A stretch of 64,000 nucleotides of DNA from Mobula hypostoma (GCF_963921235.1 NC_086107.1:87730001-87794000); one strand, 5' to 3'. Shown: positions 1 to 12,622, counted from the first letter of the stretch. The notes: generated by a model from the letters alone, not told the origin. Translations and numbers: made by a program.

Positions 1-1046
1 TTGTGATGGTGGGCAAATTGGAGCTATCCAAGTTGCTCCTCAGGCAGGAATTGTCACTATGTTTGGATATGCCCAAAGTGCAGAATGAGAGGCATTGAAG
101 TGGGTCAATAGTTCACAGATTTTAGAGTTAGAGGGAAAAGAAAACATTGAACACCAGTCCAAACAGGGCTATTAACTAAAACTCTCAAATGGAAAATGAA
201 GCCAACACTGCGGCTGAAAGGAATAACTAAATACGAAACGAATATCGTTAGTTGACTCAACAGTCCAATTTCTCAGGCAAGGCCGAATGCAAGCAGGCAG
301 CGAAACATTGCTGCGCTTTTGCTCAAGTAAAAGAGTGGAGTTAAATACCATCACAATGAAATGATTAGCTGAGACGTGCACATTCACAAATCAATTGCTA
401 TATCTGTTGTGCTGCCGAATCCAGGTTGTGACAGGAGTTGATATATTTCAATACCTTCATCGCAGTGAATGTAAGTGCTACTGGACAATAGACATTAAGG
501 CAGGCTACTACGCTTTTCTTGGATACTGGTATCATTGAAGCATGCTCAAAGCAGGTGGATATCTTAGACTGCCGAAACAAGTGGTTAAATGATATCAGCA
601 AACAGTCCAACCAGTTGATTAGCATAGGTCTTCTGTACTCGGCCAGCTACCCTGTTTGGGCCAGATGCTTTCCATAGGCTCACCCGCCTGAAGGATGCTC
701 TCAATTCTGTCTCAGAGACTGATATCACAGGGTCATTGGGAGCTGTGGGAGTTTGTGAAGGTACCTCTATGTTCTGACAGTCAGAGAAAGCATAAAAGGC
801 TTTGAGCCCATGTGGAAGTGAAACCATGTTACCATGTAGGTGGCTCGAATTTACTTTGTATGGGATGCTAGCCTTCATGCTCTGCAACAGATGTCAAGCA
901 CCCTTCTGTGATTCAAGTTTGGTCTGAAGTTGCCACTCGCATGTGAGATGGTTTTCTGAAGGTTGTACCTGGGCTTCTTGTACTTTTCTTGGTCACCAGA
1001 CCTGAATGTCACTGATCTGGCCCTCAGCAGATTGAGGTTCTCTTGG
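1..1046 (-). mobile_element. Rex1/Babar LINE fragment (degenerate RT region), interrupted by an unidentified segment at ~66-410
   Basis: Minus ORFs 585-887 and 398-625 give KASGPNRVAGRVQKTYANQLVGLFADI and VYCPVALTFTAMK, typical Rex1 pre-RT motifs. Confidence 0.75.
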
Positions 1047-2083
1047 TGTATACAGAAGACTCTGAATGTATTCTATCTTTCTTATGTATATTTCTTGTTA
1101 CAGTGAAATACACAGCCCTGCCTCTTGTCTTCTCCAAATTGGTAGTTCATCCATCCAGTGGATCAAGGAGCCCTTGTGCCAGACCACCACGTCTAGAGTG
1201 TCTATGTCTCTGCAAAACAGAGAATGCAGCAATCCCTCATTTCCCTCCTATTGGCTAGAAAGACCTACAGTTTACAAATCAGTGAATTCGGATGAATCAA
1301 GAACAGTGGAAATAGACAAACCAATTACTTGTTCTTGCCAGGTGATGGAGGTGGCCATTTTTGTGAGACTATCCTTGCAGCCCCCCATTTTGTGAACTCT
1401 GAATTGATTCTTGCTCTGGGATAATCTAATCAGAGCAATTGAAAGCAGACACAAGGAGTTTCAGCTAATGGCCGGTTAAACCTCACACCGTTCTCAGACG
1501 AGTAGCTATTTATTACATAAGGTGGCAGGCTTGCTGGAGAAGCAATCCGTCATCTGGTTAGACTCAGTGTTTGGGTCACCTAGTTTAACTGGTTTGAACC
1601 AGAGTTGAAAGGAACAAAGGCACAAGGCTGGGGGCAGAAACCATAGAACAGTGCTGGTTGTATCCCTGGACCAGAGCCAATAAGAAGGTGACTCAGGTAG
1701 GTCAGGTGACCTTGAGCCAATGGGATGGAGATGCATCAGTTGAACTGTTGAGGAACACTATAAGAATCAGGAGTTTCAAATAGGAGGGGCAATAACTCGC
1801 CGACAAGCAGAGACCGACCATCATGGATGTGGAAGACCCCATGGGCATGTGGAGATCTGGACCACGAGTAACACCTAGACTCCTTTCCCAGGTGGTACCT
1901 TTTTTCTTCACTGTCTGTTCATGAAGGGTCAGGGTATCCTAGTGGGTGTGCACACAAATAGTTAGTTTGTGAATCTACATGCTTTTTAGCTTTTTAGCTT
2001 TTTAGTTCAGACAATAAAGGTTACTTGTTGGTAAGTACAGATTCTCTCTGATCATTCTTACTAAGGGGTAGATCCTTATTACA
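1047..2083 (+). mobile_element. 5' LTR of retrovirus-like provirus
   Basis: Starts TGTA where the Rex1 fragment stops and ends TTACA at 2083; CCAAT x2 (~1677, ~1717), TATAAG (~1759), AATAAA 2013-2018; followed by a PBS. Left boundary inferred because there is no second LTR to compare. Confidence 0.7.
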
Positions 2084-2087
2084 AAGT

Positions 2088-2105
2088 TGGCGTCCCTGGA
2101 TGGGT
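2088..2105 (+). promoter_or_regulatory. Primer binding site complementary to tRNA-Asn 3' end
   Basis: TGGCGTCCCTGGATGGGT vs TGGCGTCCCTGGGTGGGC (complement of vertebrate tRNA-Asn(GTT)-CCA), 16/18 match, 4 nt after the LTR CA. Confidence 0.85.
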
Positions 2106-2178
2106 GCTCAAGAATAAAACTCTTTGCTGAGTCAGCAGTAGACTCAAATCAAACCACATGGGTGAGGTACAGAGCGCT

Positions 2179-4250
2179 ATGGTACTGGGTAGAAACCATA
2201 ACCCAGGATAAAAACAAAAGTAATCGTGGAAATTCTGCAACTCCAAAGGACTTGGATTGTTTTGATTGGAGGGGTTTCCTCCAGAAATATGTGTTGGGGA
2301 AGTGAAGAGCTTCTGAAGGGGATGCTCTTTGGAGAATCACCCAAGAGAAGCTGTCAGACAAGAAGTTTAAACGATTAGAAGAAAAAAAACAGTAGCAGAT
2401 GACTGCTTAATTGAGGAGTCGATATACTTTCGACAGAATGCTAAGGCAGAATGGCACGGATTAGACACGGAAAATGAACGTCAGCATAAAGCAGAAGCTG
2501 AGTGAGATAGATCATGACAGGAAATCCCAGAGAATCGACATAAAGCAGAAGTGGAGAAAGAGAAATTAGAAGAAGAAGACAAAAGGCTCCAAAAGGAGGT
2601 AGAAACCTTGAGAGAAAGGGTTGCTGACTTGCAGGGTCAGAGGGGTATGGACTGATGCGTATGAGCCAGTTTCAGTTGAAGTGTGAGAAATTGGTTAATG
2701 AAAAACATTAACAAGAGGAAGCTGATGAACTAGCAAAGAATGAAGAGAAAGGATCAAGGAAACAATGTAGTGAGTTGAAGACGGCAATGAATACGATTAA
2801 GAAATCAGCACAGGAAAGGAAGGGTAACACTGGGCATCATGCAAAGCATTTAAAGCAGATATAAAAGCTGCAGGACCAACTCCGGCGCAGAGAGAAATAA
2901 TATGTGCTTTTGGATCTGAAAGATGGGAGGAAGGTGAATATGGAGCCATCGTTTGGAGTGATTTAGCAGATGAAGCGGCTGGATACGGGTACAATAATGA
3001 CCAAGCACCATCTCCACGAGGAATCCCCACCAACACACTACAAACAGGAGCCGGATCTACCCACTGCAAGAAATCAAAATTAGAATATAACAGACACTGC
3101 ACCGTTCAGGTACAGCAGCTTAGAGACATTGCCAAGGATATTGGGACATGTGCTCGGAGACTATCCTTGAGAGGTTCCAATCAACTGATAGTCAGAGAGT
3201 AATACATGGCCTAGATTACTCTGAGGAAAGCAATTTGATTATAATGTTTGCATACCAAATGCACTCAGCTTTGCCAAGTGATGACGTTGTACTGAACACT
3301 AGGCTGCGTCTTTTCATTGTGGAGAAGATGTTCCCTATAGTGGGAGAGTTGAAGACCAGAGGACACAGCCTCAGATAGAGGGGCATTCTTTTAGAATGGA
3401 GGTGAGGAGGAATTTCTTCAGCTACAGTGTGCTGAATCTGTGGAATTTGTTGCCACAGGCGGCTGTGGAGGCCGTCATTGGGTATATTTAAGGCGTAGGT
3501 CGATAGATTTTTGATTGGTCAGCGCAAGAAGGGATATGGGGAGAAGGCAGGAGATTGGGCTGTTGAGGGAAATGGATCAGCCATGTTGGAATGCCAGAGC
3601 AGACTCGATGGGCCAAATGGCCTAGTTCTGCTCCTATATTTTGTGATATAAAGTGACATGGTGGGGGAACTAGTGAGGAATTAAAGAATGCAATATTGAC
3701 TGTTATGGGACCCGGTAGACTGCTAGCAAAATGTTACCAGCGGAAAGGTGAACATCCCAATGTATTTGCATCCTGTTTATGGATGTGTTCCAAGGAGTAA
3801 ATGGAACAGCATTAGACCGAGACTGTTTAGGAGCAGAGCCCTCAAACAGATGGTTAAGGACACTGGTGTCTCACTGCATTGATGAATCTAAAAATGCCAT
3901 TGGAAATGTTTGATCCCATTGATCCTCCACATACTGAGGCATAGGTACTGAGGAAAGTGAGTAGAGTATAGGAAAAGGAGATACAAAGGCCAACTGAACC
4001 CTCTAATGGGAAAGTGCTGCCTATTAAGAGGCAGGCAACTTCCTGGAGAAATGAAGGTAGAGGACCCACCTCAAGGGTCTCCCCACAGTACCAAGTGGCA
4101 AGGAAGGGCAGAGAAGGACAGTGCCCAGGAATAGAGAGAACTGAAGGAGAATTAAATGCTACAACTGTGGTCTAGAGGGACAACATTGAGAGACTATCCA
4201 AACCTGAGAGAGTGACACACACACACACACTCACACTCTAGAAGGGCCAG
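2179..4250 (+). pseudogene. gag: Decayed gag (E/K-rich coiled-coil N-terminal part, capsid-like segment, CCHC knuckle remnant)
   Basis: HKAEVEKEKLEEEDKRLQKEVETLRERVADLQG (~2540-2640); CYQRKGEHPNVFASCLW (~3732); CYNCGLEGQH (~4157); many stops and frameshifts. Confidence 0.7.
3290..3650 (+). mobile_element. CR1 3' fragment inserted in gag
   Basis: MFPIVGELKTRGHSLR C-terminal motif and GGCCAAATGGCCT...TCTGCTCCTATAT CR1 3' UTR. Confidence 0.8.
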
Positions 4251-4349
4251 AAACACCAAGCCCACAAAATAACATGGAAACACTACCATCCAGGGAATTG
4301 TACCCTGGGTTTCAATGACAGTGTCAGGCCTCACCAATACGTGTGTGTG

Positions 4350-7300
4350 TGTGAGAGACACGCGGTGGGATGAAACCGGAAGACCTCTATTGAGTGGTAG
4401 GGTTGCAGGCTGCTTTGTTACGTTTTTTTTATGGGACACTGGAGGATCCTGAACCACCATCAACACCACTAATGTAAATAACGCAAATTAGGAGATGAAG
4501 GTAAAATTATCCTAAGTGGATACACAGGACATTCGCAAGTGGGTCATGTGAGTTGGAACTCAGAATAGGAGACACAGCGTTGGAATATTCCATAGTGTTG
4601 GTGGAATTATCCAGGGAACAGGAACATTTACTGGGAATGATTACAATACTATTGTCTAAAGCGGGGCTTTGTATTGACCCAGTTAATTGTATGATTTGGC
4701 AGATTCCCACTGGCATGAATAACATCCAGCACATGCAGATCCCGGCAGGAGAATATCAGGGTAGAATATGCACAATGAGTGAAGTGTGGATCAAACTAGA
4801 GGAGATGAGTAATGATCAGAAGGTGCAGCAAATTATTGCACAGAACTCAGGGGCATTTGCAAAGTACAAGCATGAATGCGGAAAGATGGGTGGCAGTATC
4901 TGTCCAGACCCCAAACCACAAAAGCAATATGGGTTTCCAAGACAAGCAGAGAAAGATGTAGGTAAGGTAATATGGAATTTGGTACAACAAGGGATAGTGA
5001 GGCAAGTAGCCTCCACTAACAACTCCCCCATTTGACCAGTAAGGAAAGCAGGTGGTAGTTGGAGATTGGCAATAGACTATCAGGGACTGAATAAAGGAAC
5101 CCCATTAACTGAATAAAGTAACTGACAGCGACTAATCTGGAAGAATGGTCAAACAGAATGAAAGAGCCCAATGGTTCACAGGTTTAGACATAAATGATGG
5201 ATTTTGGCCTATTCTTCTAGAAAGAGTGTCAATACAAGCTTGCATTTACCTTTCTGGGACAGCAGTATACCTGGACTGCCCTAAACTCCCATATATATTT
5301 CACCAGTGCTTTGGGGATGGGTTAAAACAGTTCTCAAAACCTGTGCTTGGTACAATACGTGGATGATCTACTTCTGCAGACTGAAACCAATTAGGAACGT
5401 TATCAACTATTGACAGAACTGCTTCATTGGGACTAAAGGTAAACCCCAAAAAGCGTTGGCCACAAAAGACTCCAAATCCAAATAAGCCATTCTCATTGGA
5501 GGTGGCCACAACTGATATCACCTTCTCAGCAGTGCTGTTACAGGAGATGTATGGGAAGTTAAGACCAGTAGTGTATGCATCATGCACGCCCTCACCAGTA
5601 GAACTGCATGTGAAAAACACTGGGACAACATCTCACCTACAAAGTGGGACATAATCTACTTGCAATACTGACAGAACACTATTGGATGGAAGGATTAAAG
5701 ATGGTTTAGTAAGCCAAAACAGAATTGCTATATAGGCATTGCTGTTGCAAGGAAGAAATATTAGTGTAAAGCAAATAAACACTACCTCAATGTTAGCCGA
5801 TAACCCGGTGTATCAAAGAAGTGAACATGAGTGTCAAGTTATGATAGCAAATTATCCTAAGGGACCCTTTGTATCCAAACAAAAAGGAGGGGATGGAAGT
5901 AGATCAGATAAAATAATGTCTGGGAACAAAGACACAAAGGAAAAAGAAAAAAGCCTATTTTAACATATTTGTAGACGGCTCCTCATCAGTACAGATGGAT
6001 GAGAGGAAAACTGGGTGTGGCATATATATAGAAAATGAACATGGCCGGGAAAGGTATAGTATAGCTTCAAAGTTACCCAAAACCACAAATGCACAGGCAG
6101 CAGAATTGGCAGCTGTAACATATGTGGTTAGCCACCCAGAATGTTTTCTGCCTCAGTCAATCACACATTCTGACAGTAAGTATGCCTGTAACAGCCTCTC
6201 TGGGAAGCCAGAGGGTTTGTTTTAGCCGACAGGAAGCCACACCCGCCTGCCGCTTTATTGCAATATATACTTGATGAGGGAAGGGGAAAAGAAAACATTC
6301 ATTAAGGTGAAAGCTCACTCTAAATTATCTCCTGAGGGTAATAGAAAGGCTGACGAATTGGCAAAACAAGGTACTTTAATTGCTAAAAATTGGCAGCCAC
6401 TGATTGGTGACATTGGAAGGCAGAAGGGACAACAGAATAAGGTTATGAATTTAACAGAGGAGCAGAAGAAAGATAAAGAATTAAAAAAAAATAGGAGCAG
6501 GATCTTAAATATACAAAGAGCATAAGGGAGTGTTTGTCAAAGATGGAGTTGTCATTTATGAAGGAAAGTTTGTGTTTCTGGATGGAGGAGGAAATCAGAT
6601 GATCCATTGGTACCATGATCTATGGGGATACCAGGGAGCCAAAAGCACCCTGGAAAAGATCAAGAAAATGGGCTGGTGGCCTAAGATGAAGGACAATGTG
6701 GAATACTATGTCAAGAATTGCTTGATCTGTGCACAGCATAATCCTGATAGAAATGAAAAGAAAGGAGCTCTCCTACACACCAGACCAGTGGAAGGGCCTT
6801 GGACTAATTGGCAGATAGATTACGTTGGTCCCTTACCACCCACCCCACGAGATTACAAATATATTCTTGTAGCAATGAATACTTTTAAAAAGTGGGTGGA
6901 AGTTTTCCCGACTAAGACAAACAGAGCATAGGCCACCACAAAAATCTTACTGGAAAGGGTATTCATATGCTGGGGATTACCCCGGAGTATTGAATCAAAT
7001 CAAGGCACACATTTCAAAGCCCAGATAATGCACGCTATCACGGCACTCTTAGGGATCAAGAAGAGATTTCACATACCATGTAGACCACAGTCTAGTCGAA
7101 TTGTGGAAAAGATTATTTGAACACAAAAAAAAATGATTGCCAAAATGGTGCAACAACAGGACAGATAGTTTTACCTGGTGTACTGATGGTGGCATCATCA
7201 ACAGGTTACACCCTTATAAACATGAACGGAAGGGATAGGAAAGGATTGCAGGAGTTGTTAGGATTAGATTTGTCAGAACCTGTTAGATGTGTCAGAAAAG

Positions 7301-9239
7301 TGGGTACAACAGTTGGAATTGGAGAAAGAGGCCAGTTATGTGGCAGCCCATTAAATAGGAAAGAAGCAGCAACAGAGAAAGCCTATTTGGACTCAAAAGT
7401 CAGTCCCATTGAATTGCCCAGGACAAAGAGTGATGATTAAAATACACCAACACATCTCATTTTTAAGATGTTCTGGAGCATGCTGATATTAAGGGAGAGG
7501 AGGTGTTGGAGTTGTTAAAATACATTAGGACAGATAAGTCCCCGGGGCCTGACGGAATATTCCCCCGGCTGCTCCACGAGGCGAGAGAAGAGATTGCTGA
7601 GCCTCTGGCTAGGATCTTTATGTCCTCGTTGTCCACGGGAATGGTACCGGAGGATTGGAGGGAGGCGAATGTTGTTCCCTTGTTCAAAAAAGGTAGTAGG
7701 GATAGTCCGGGTAATTATAGACCAGTGAGCCTTACGTCTATGGTGGGAAAGCTGTTGGAAAAGACTCTTACAGATAGGATCTATAGGCATTTAGAGAATT
7801 ATGGTCTGATCAGGGACAGTCAGCATGGCTTTGTAAAGGGCAGATCATGTCTAACAAGCCTGATAGAGTTCTTTGAGGAGGTGACCAGGCATATAGATGA
7901 GGGTAGTGCAGTGGATGTGATCTATATGGATTTTAGTAAGGCATTTGACAAGGTTCCACACGGTAGGCTTATTCAGAAAGTTAGAAGGCATGGGATTCAG
8001 GGAAGTTTGGACAGGTGGATTCAGAATTGGCTTGCCTGCAGAAGGCAGAGGGTTGTGGTGGAGGGAGTACATTCAGATTGGAGGATTGTGACTAGTGGTG
8101 TCCCACAAGGATCTGTTCTGGGACCTCTACTTTTCGTGATTTTTATTAACTACCTGGATGTGGGGGTAGAAGGGTGGGTTGGCAAGTTTGCAGACGACAC
8201 AAAGGTTGGTGGTGTTGTAGATAGTGTGGAGGATTGTCAAAGATTGCAGAGAGACATTGATAGGATGCAGAAGTGGGCTGAGAAGTGGCAGATGGAGTTC
8301 AACCCGGAGAAGTGTGAGGTGGTACACTTTGGAAGGACAAACTCCAAGGCAGAGTACAAAGTAAATGGCAGGATACTTGGTAGTGTGGAGGAGCAGAGGG
8401 ATCTCGGGGTACATGTCCACAGATCCCTGAAAGTTGCCTCACAGGTGGATAGGGTAGTTAAGAAAGCTTATGGGGTGTTAGCTTTCATAAGTCGAGGGAT
8501 AGAGTTTAAGAGTCGCGATGTAATAATGCAGCTCTATAAAACTCTGGTTAGGCCACACTTGGAGTACTGTGTCCAGTTCTGGTCACCTCACTATGGGAAG
8601 GATGTGGAAGCATTGGAAAGGGTACAGAGGAGATTTACCAGGATGCTGCCTGGTTTAGAAAGTATGCATTATGATCAGAGATTAAGGGAGCTAGGGCTTT
8701 ACTCTTTGGAGAGAAGGAGGATGAGAGGAGACATGATAGAGGTGTACAAGATAACAAGAGGAATAGATAGAGTGGATAGCCAGCACCTCTTCCCCAGGGC
8801 ACCACTGCTCAATACAAGAGGACATGGCTTTAAGGTAAGGGGTGGGAAGTTCAAGGGGGATATTAGAGGAAGGTTTTTTTACTCAGAGACTGGTTGGTGC
8901 GTGGAATGCACTGCCTGAGTCAGTGGTGGAGGCAGATACACTAGTGAAGTTCAAGAGACTACTGGACAGGTATATGGAGCAATTTAAGGTGGGGGCTTAT
9001 ATGGGAGGCAGGGTTTGAGGGTCGGCACAACATTGTGGGCCGAAAGGCCTGTACTGTGCTGTATTATTCTATGTTATATGTTCTATGTTCTAATTCCGAG
9101 GTTTGCAGAGCCCTGTGAAATTGTAGCCAAAGCCATTCCATCAGTGTACAAAGTACTGACTTCTCCAGATAAAAGCGGCTGGTATGATATCAACCAGCTG
9201 AAATTGGTGGGGGAGAAACAGGAATGTCATAACAATTGA
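4350..9239 (+). pseudogene. pol: Decayed pol: protease, RT, degenerate RNase H (tether), second RNase H, integrase; split by a CR1 at 7464-9090
   Basis: WDTGGS (~4432); PKPQKQYGFP, NNSPI*PVRKAGGSWRLAIDYQGLNK, FTGLDINDGFW, YVDDLLL (~5356); PFSLEVATTD...LRPVVYAS; IFVDGSS/AQAAELAAV/HSDSKY/KVKAHS..GNRKADELAK; CLICAQHN, GPWTNWQIDYVGPLP; IN tail PRFAEPCEIV...VYKV...WYDINQLK at 9095-9239. Confidence 0.88.
7464..9090 (+). mobile_element. Young 5'-truncated CR1 LINE with uninterrupted 471-codon RT segment (7503-8918)
   Basis: KSPGPDG, NYRPVSLTS, QHGFVKGRSC, DFSKAFDKV, GVPQGSVLGP, FADDTK; (TTCTATG)n tail; frameshift in a T-run near 8880. Confidence 0.95.
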
Positions 9240-9402
9240 TGTACATGATGGCCCTGATTTGGGAAACTGCTCCAAGAAGATGGAGGGGTGGTTTTCAGTG
9301 GCTGCTTTTCTCTCTATATATTCACTGGGGACTTTTTCCACAGTACTGTATTTTTAGTACATTTCATGTCTTGAACTGTATTGCTGCTGCAAGACAACAA
9401 AT

Positions 9403-9890
9403 TAGATTAGATTAGATTATGAGGACACGCAGTCCTCTTTTATTGTCATTTAGTAATGCATGCATTAAGAAATGATACAATGTTTTTCCAGAATGATATC
9501 ACGGAAACACATGACAAACCGACTTAAGAACTGGCAAAAACCACATAATTATAACATATAGTTACAACAGTGCAAAACAATACTGTAATTTAATAAGAAC
9601 AGACCATGGCACGGTAAAAGTCTCAAAAGTCTCTCAAAAGTCCCATTATCTCACACAGATGGTGAACCTCCAGCGCCGCCAACTTGCCGATGCAGCATCC
9701 TGGAAGCATCTGACCACAGTCCGACTCCGAGTCCATCCGAAAACTCCGAGCCTCCGACCACCTCTCCGACACCGAGCACCATCTCTGCCGAGCGCTTCGA
9801 CCCTGGCCCCGGCAACAGGCAATAGGCAGTAAGTTCAGGATTTGGGACCTTCGTCTCTGGAGATTCTCGATCGCGCAGCAGCATGATCAG
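9403..9890 (-). mobile_element. Non-LTR retroelement 3' end with (AATCT)n tail, inserted in a Rex1-type tail
   Basis: TTAGATTAGATTAGATT tail at ~9403; AATAAA on minus (~9439); host tail resumes at 9894 with AATAAACTTGATTCTGATTC. Confidence 0.5.
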
Positions 9891-10403
9891 CAAAAATAAA
9901 CTTGATTCTGATTCCTCGCTGACAATCAACACAGATGCATCTCAAGGATATGTGCTTAGGCCAATGCTCTACTTTCTCTACACTGTGGCTCCGTGCAGCT
10001 CAAATGATCGCTATACATTTGCTATGATGCCACTGTTGCTGGCAGAATTTTAGATGGAACGAGGAGGCACATGGGCGTGAGACAGGTCAGCTGTTTGAGT
10101 GGTGTCACAACAGCAACCTTGCAGTCAACAGCAGTAAGACTAAGGAGTTGATTGTGGACTTCCAGAAGAGGAAGTCAGGAAAACACACTCCAGTCCTTAT
10201 CAAGGGATCAGCAGTAGGAAGGATGAGTAGCTTTGAGGCGAGTGGTCCTGGCTTCTAATCCGGCCGGCTCCTTGTACGCTTTCCACCCGATGTGCCACCA
10301 GGTGCGGAGAGGAACAACACAAAATCCTTGGCCCAACATGTTGATGCAATCATGGAGAAGGCACACTAGCGGCTCTACTTCATTAGGTGTATGAGGAGAT
10401 TCT

Positions 10404-12622
10404 CAGTGGTCCCCAACTACCGGGCCGCAAAGCATGTGCTACCGGGCCGCAAGGCAACGATATGAGTCAGCTGCACCTTTCCTCATTCCCTGTCACGCAC
10501 TGTTGAACTTGAACATAGGGTTGCCAACTGTCCCGTATTTGCCGGCACATCCCGTATATTGGGCTAAATTGGTTTGTCCCGTATTTCCCCCGCTAGAGCG
10601 TTCCTATGAAACCTTTCGTGCTGAAATGGCGTGAAGCGAAGAAGCAATTATCATTAATTTATATGGGAAATTTTTTTTGAGCGTTCCCAGACCTAAAGAA
10701 AAACCTACCAAATCATACCAAATAACACATAAAACCAAAAGTAAGTAACACGAAAGTATAGTAAAAGCAGGAATAGAAACATAGAAAATAGGTGCAGGAG
10801 TAGGCCATTCGGCCCTTCGAGCCTGCACCACCACTCAGTATGATCATGGCTGATCATCCAACTCAGAACCCTGTACCAGCCTTCCCTCCATACCCCTACA
10901 TTTGTCTTAACCTATCTTTTTCTTTTCACATATCTATAAAAGCTTTTACAGTCAGTTTTTATGTTCCCTGCCAGTTTTCTCGCATAATCTTTTTTCCCTT
11001 TCCTAATTAAGCCCTTTGTCCTCCTCTGCTGGACTCTGAATTTCTCCCAGTCCTTAGGTGAGCCACTTTTTCTGGCTAATTTGTATGCTTCTTCTTTGGA
11101 ATTGATACTATCCCCAATTTCTCTTGTCAGCCACAGGTGCACTACCTTCCCTGATTTATTCTTTTGCCAAACTGGGATGAACAATTGTTGTAGTTCATCC
11201 ATGCGACCTTTAAATGCTTGCCATTGCATATCCACCGTCAACCCTTTAAGTGTCATTTGCCAGTCTATCTTAGCTAATTCACGTCTCATACCTTCGAAGT
11301 TACCCTTCTTTAAGTTGAGAACCTTTGTTTCTGAATTAACTATGTCACTCTCCATTTTAATGAAGAATTCCACCATATTATGGTCACTCTTACCCAAGGG
11401 GCCTCTCACGACAAGATTGCTAATTAACCCTTCCTCATTGCTCAAAACCCAGTCTAGAATAGCCTGCTCTCTAGTTGGTTCCTCGACATGTTGGGTCAAA
11501 AAACCATCCTGCATACATTCCAAGAAATCCTCTTCCTCAGCACCTTTACCAATTTGGTTCACCCAATCTATATGTAGATTGAAGTCACGCATTATAACTG
11601 TTCCTTTATTGCACGCATTTCTAATTTCCTGTTTAATACCATCCCCAACCTCACTACTACTGTTAGGTGGCCTGTCCACAACTCCCACCAGCGTTTTCTG
11701 CCCCTTAGTGTTATGCAGCTCTACCCATATCGATTCTACATCCTCCCGGCTAATGTCCTTCCTTTCTATTGCATTAATCTCCTCTCTAACCAGCAATGCT
11801 ACCTCACCTCCTTTTCTTTCATGTCTATCCCTCCTGAATATTGAATATCCCTGAATGTTGAGCTCCCATCCTTGGTCACCCTGGAGCCATGTCTCTGTGA
11901 TCCCAACTATATCATATTCATTAATAACATCTGCACTTTTAATTCATCCACCTTGTTATGAATGCTCCTTGCATTGACACACAAAGCCTTCAGGCTCGCT
12001 TCTACAACACTCTTAGCCCTTATACAATTATGTTGAAAAGTGGCCCTTTTTGATTTTTGCCCTGGATTTGTCGGCCTGCCACTTTTACTTTTCACCTTAC
12101 TACTTTTTGCTTCTACCCTCATTTTACACCCCTCTGTCTCTCTGCACTTGTTCCCATCCCCCTGTTGTGAACTAACCTCCTCTCGCCTAGTCTCTTCAAT
12201 TTGATTCCCACCCCCCAACCATTCTAGTTTAAAGTCACCTCAGTAGCCCTCGCAATATGATATGATAAATACACAGCCTATATAAAGTAGAAATAATGTA
12301 TGTACAGTGTAGTCAGGAAGATGAAGGCAAAACAGATTGGTGGGGAAAAAAATTGGCACGTACGCGCATGTGCATACAGGTGCCCGCACAAGGCTTCATG
12401 GTCATTGTAGTCTCCTGGTGCAAAGTCTTCTGGGATTTGATTGCTACTTTTGTCCATTATTTGGGAGTGAGATAGTTGGCAACCCTAACTGTAAAAGACA
12501 CGTTGAGGTGAGTTTAACCCTACTTGAACAACCCCCCCCCCACCCCCCTCGGTCGGCCGGTCTGCAAGAACATTGACAAATATTAAACCGGTCCGCGGTG
12601 CAATAAAGGTTGGGGACCCCTG
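10404..12622. mobile_element. hAT-like non-autonomous DNA transposon (outer TIRs) containing a second TIR element at 10516-12487
   Basis: CAGTGGTCCCCAAC ... GTTGGGGACCCCTG; inner perfect 14-bp IR TAGGGTTGCCAACT ... AGTTGGCAACCCTA; no clean 8-bp TSD. Confidence 0.7.
10772..12255 (-). mobile_element. CR1 LINE, internally deleted (APE endonuclease region joined directly to 3' UTR)
   Basis: ORF 10912-11796 with ESIWVEL, RPPN, DFNLHIDW, PTREQAILDWVL, SDHNM; CR1 tail at 10772-10898; RT absent. Confidence 0.88.

Noticed and set aside
7503-8918. 471-aa RT ORF as part of the provirus or a domesticated gene
   Set aside because: Motifs are CR1 non-LTR RT; it has its own tail, lacks a start context and splits the integrase
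11081-11854. 257-aa plus-strand ORF and similar antisense ORFs (31610, 33831, 40183, 46096)
   Set aside because: Shadows on the opposite strand of CR1/Rex1 coding sequence
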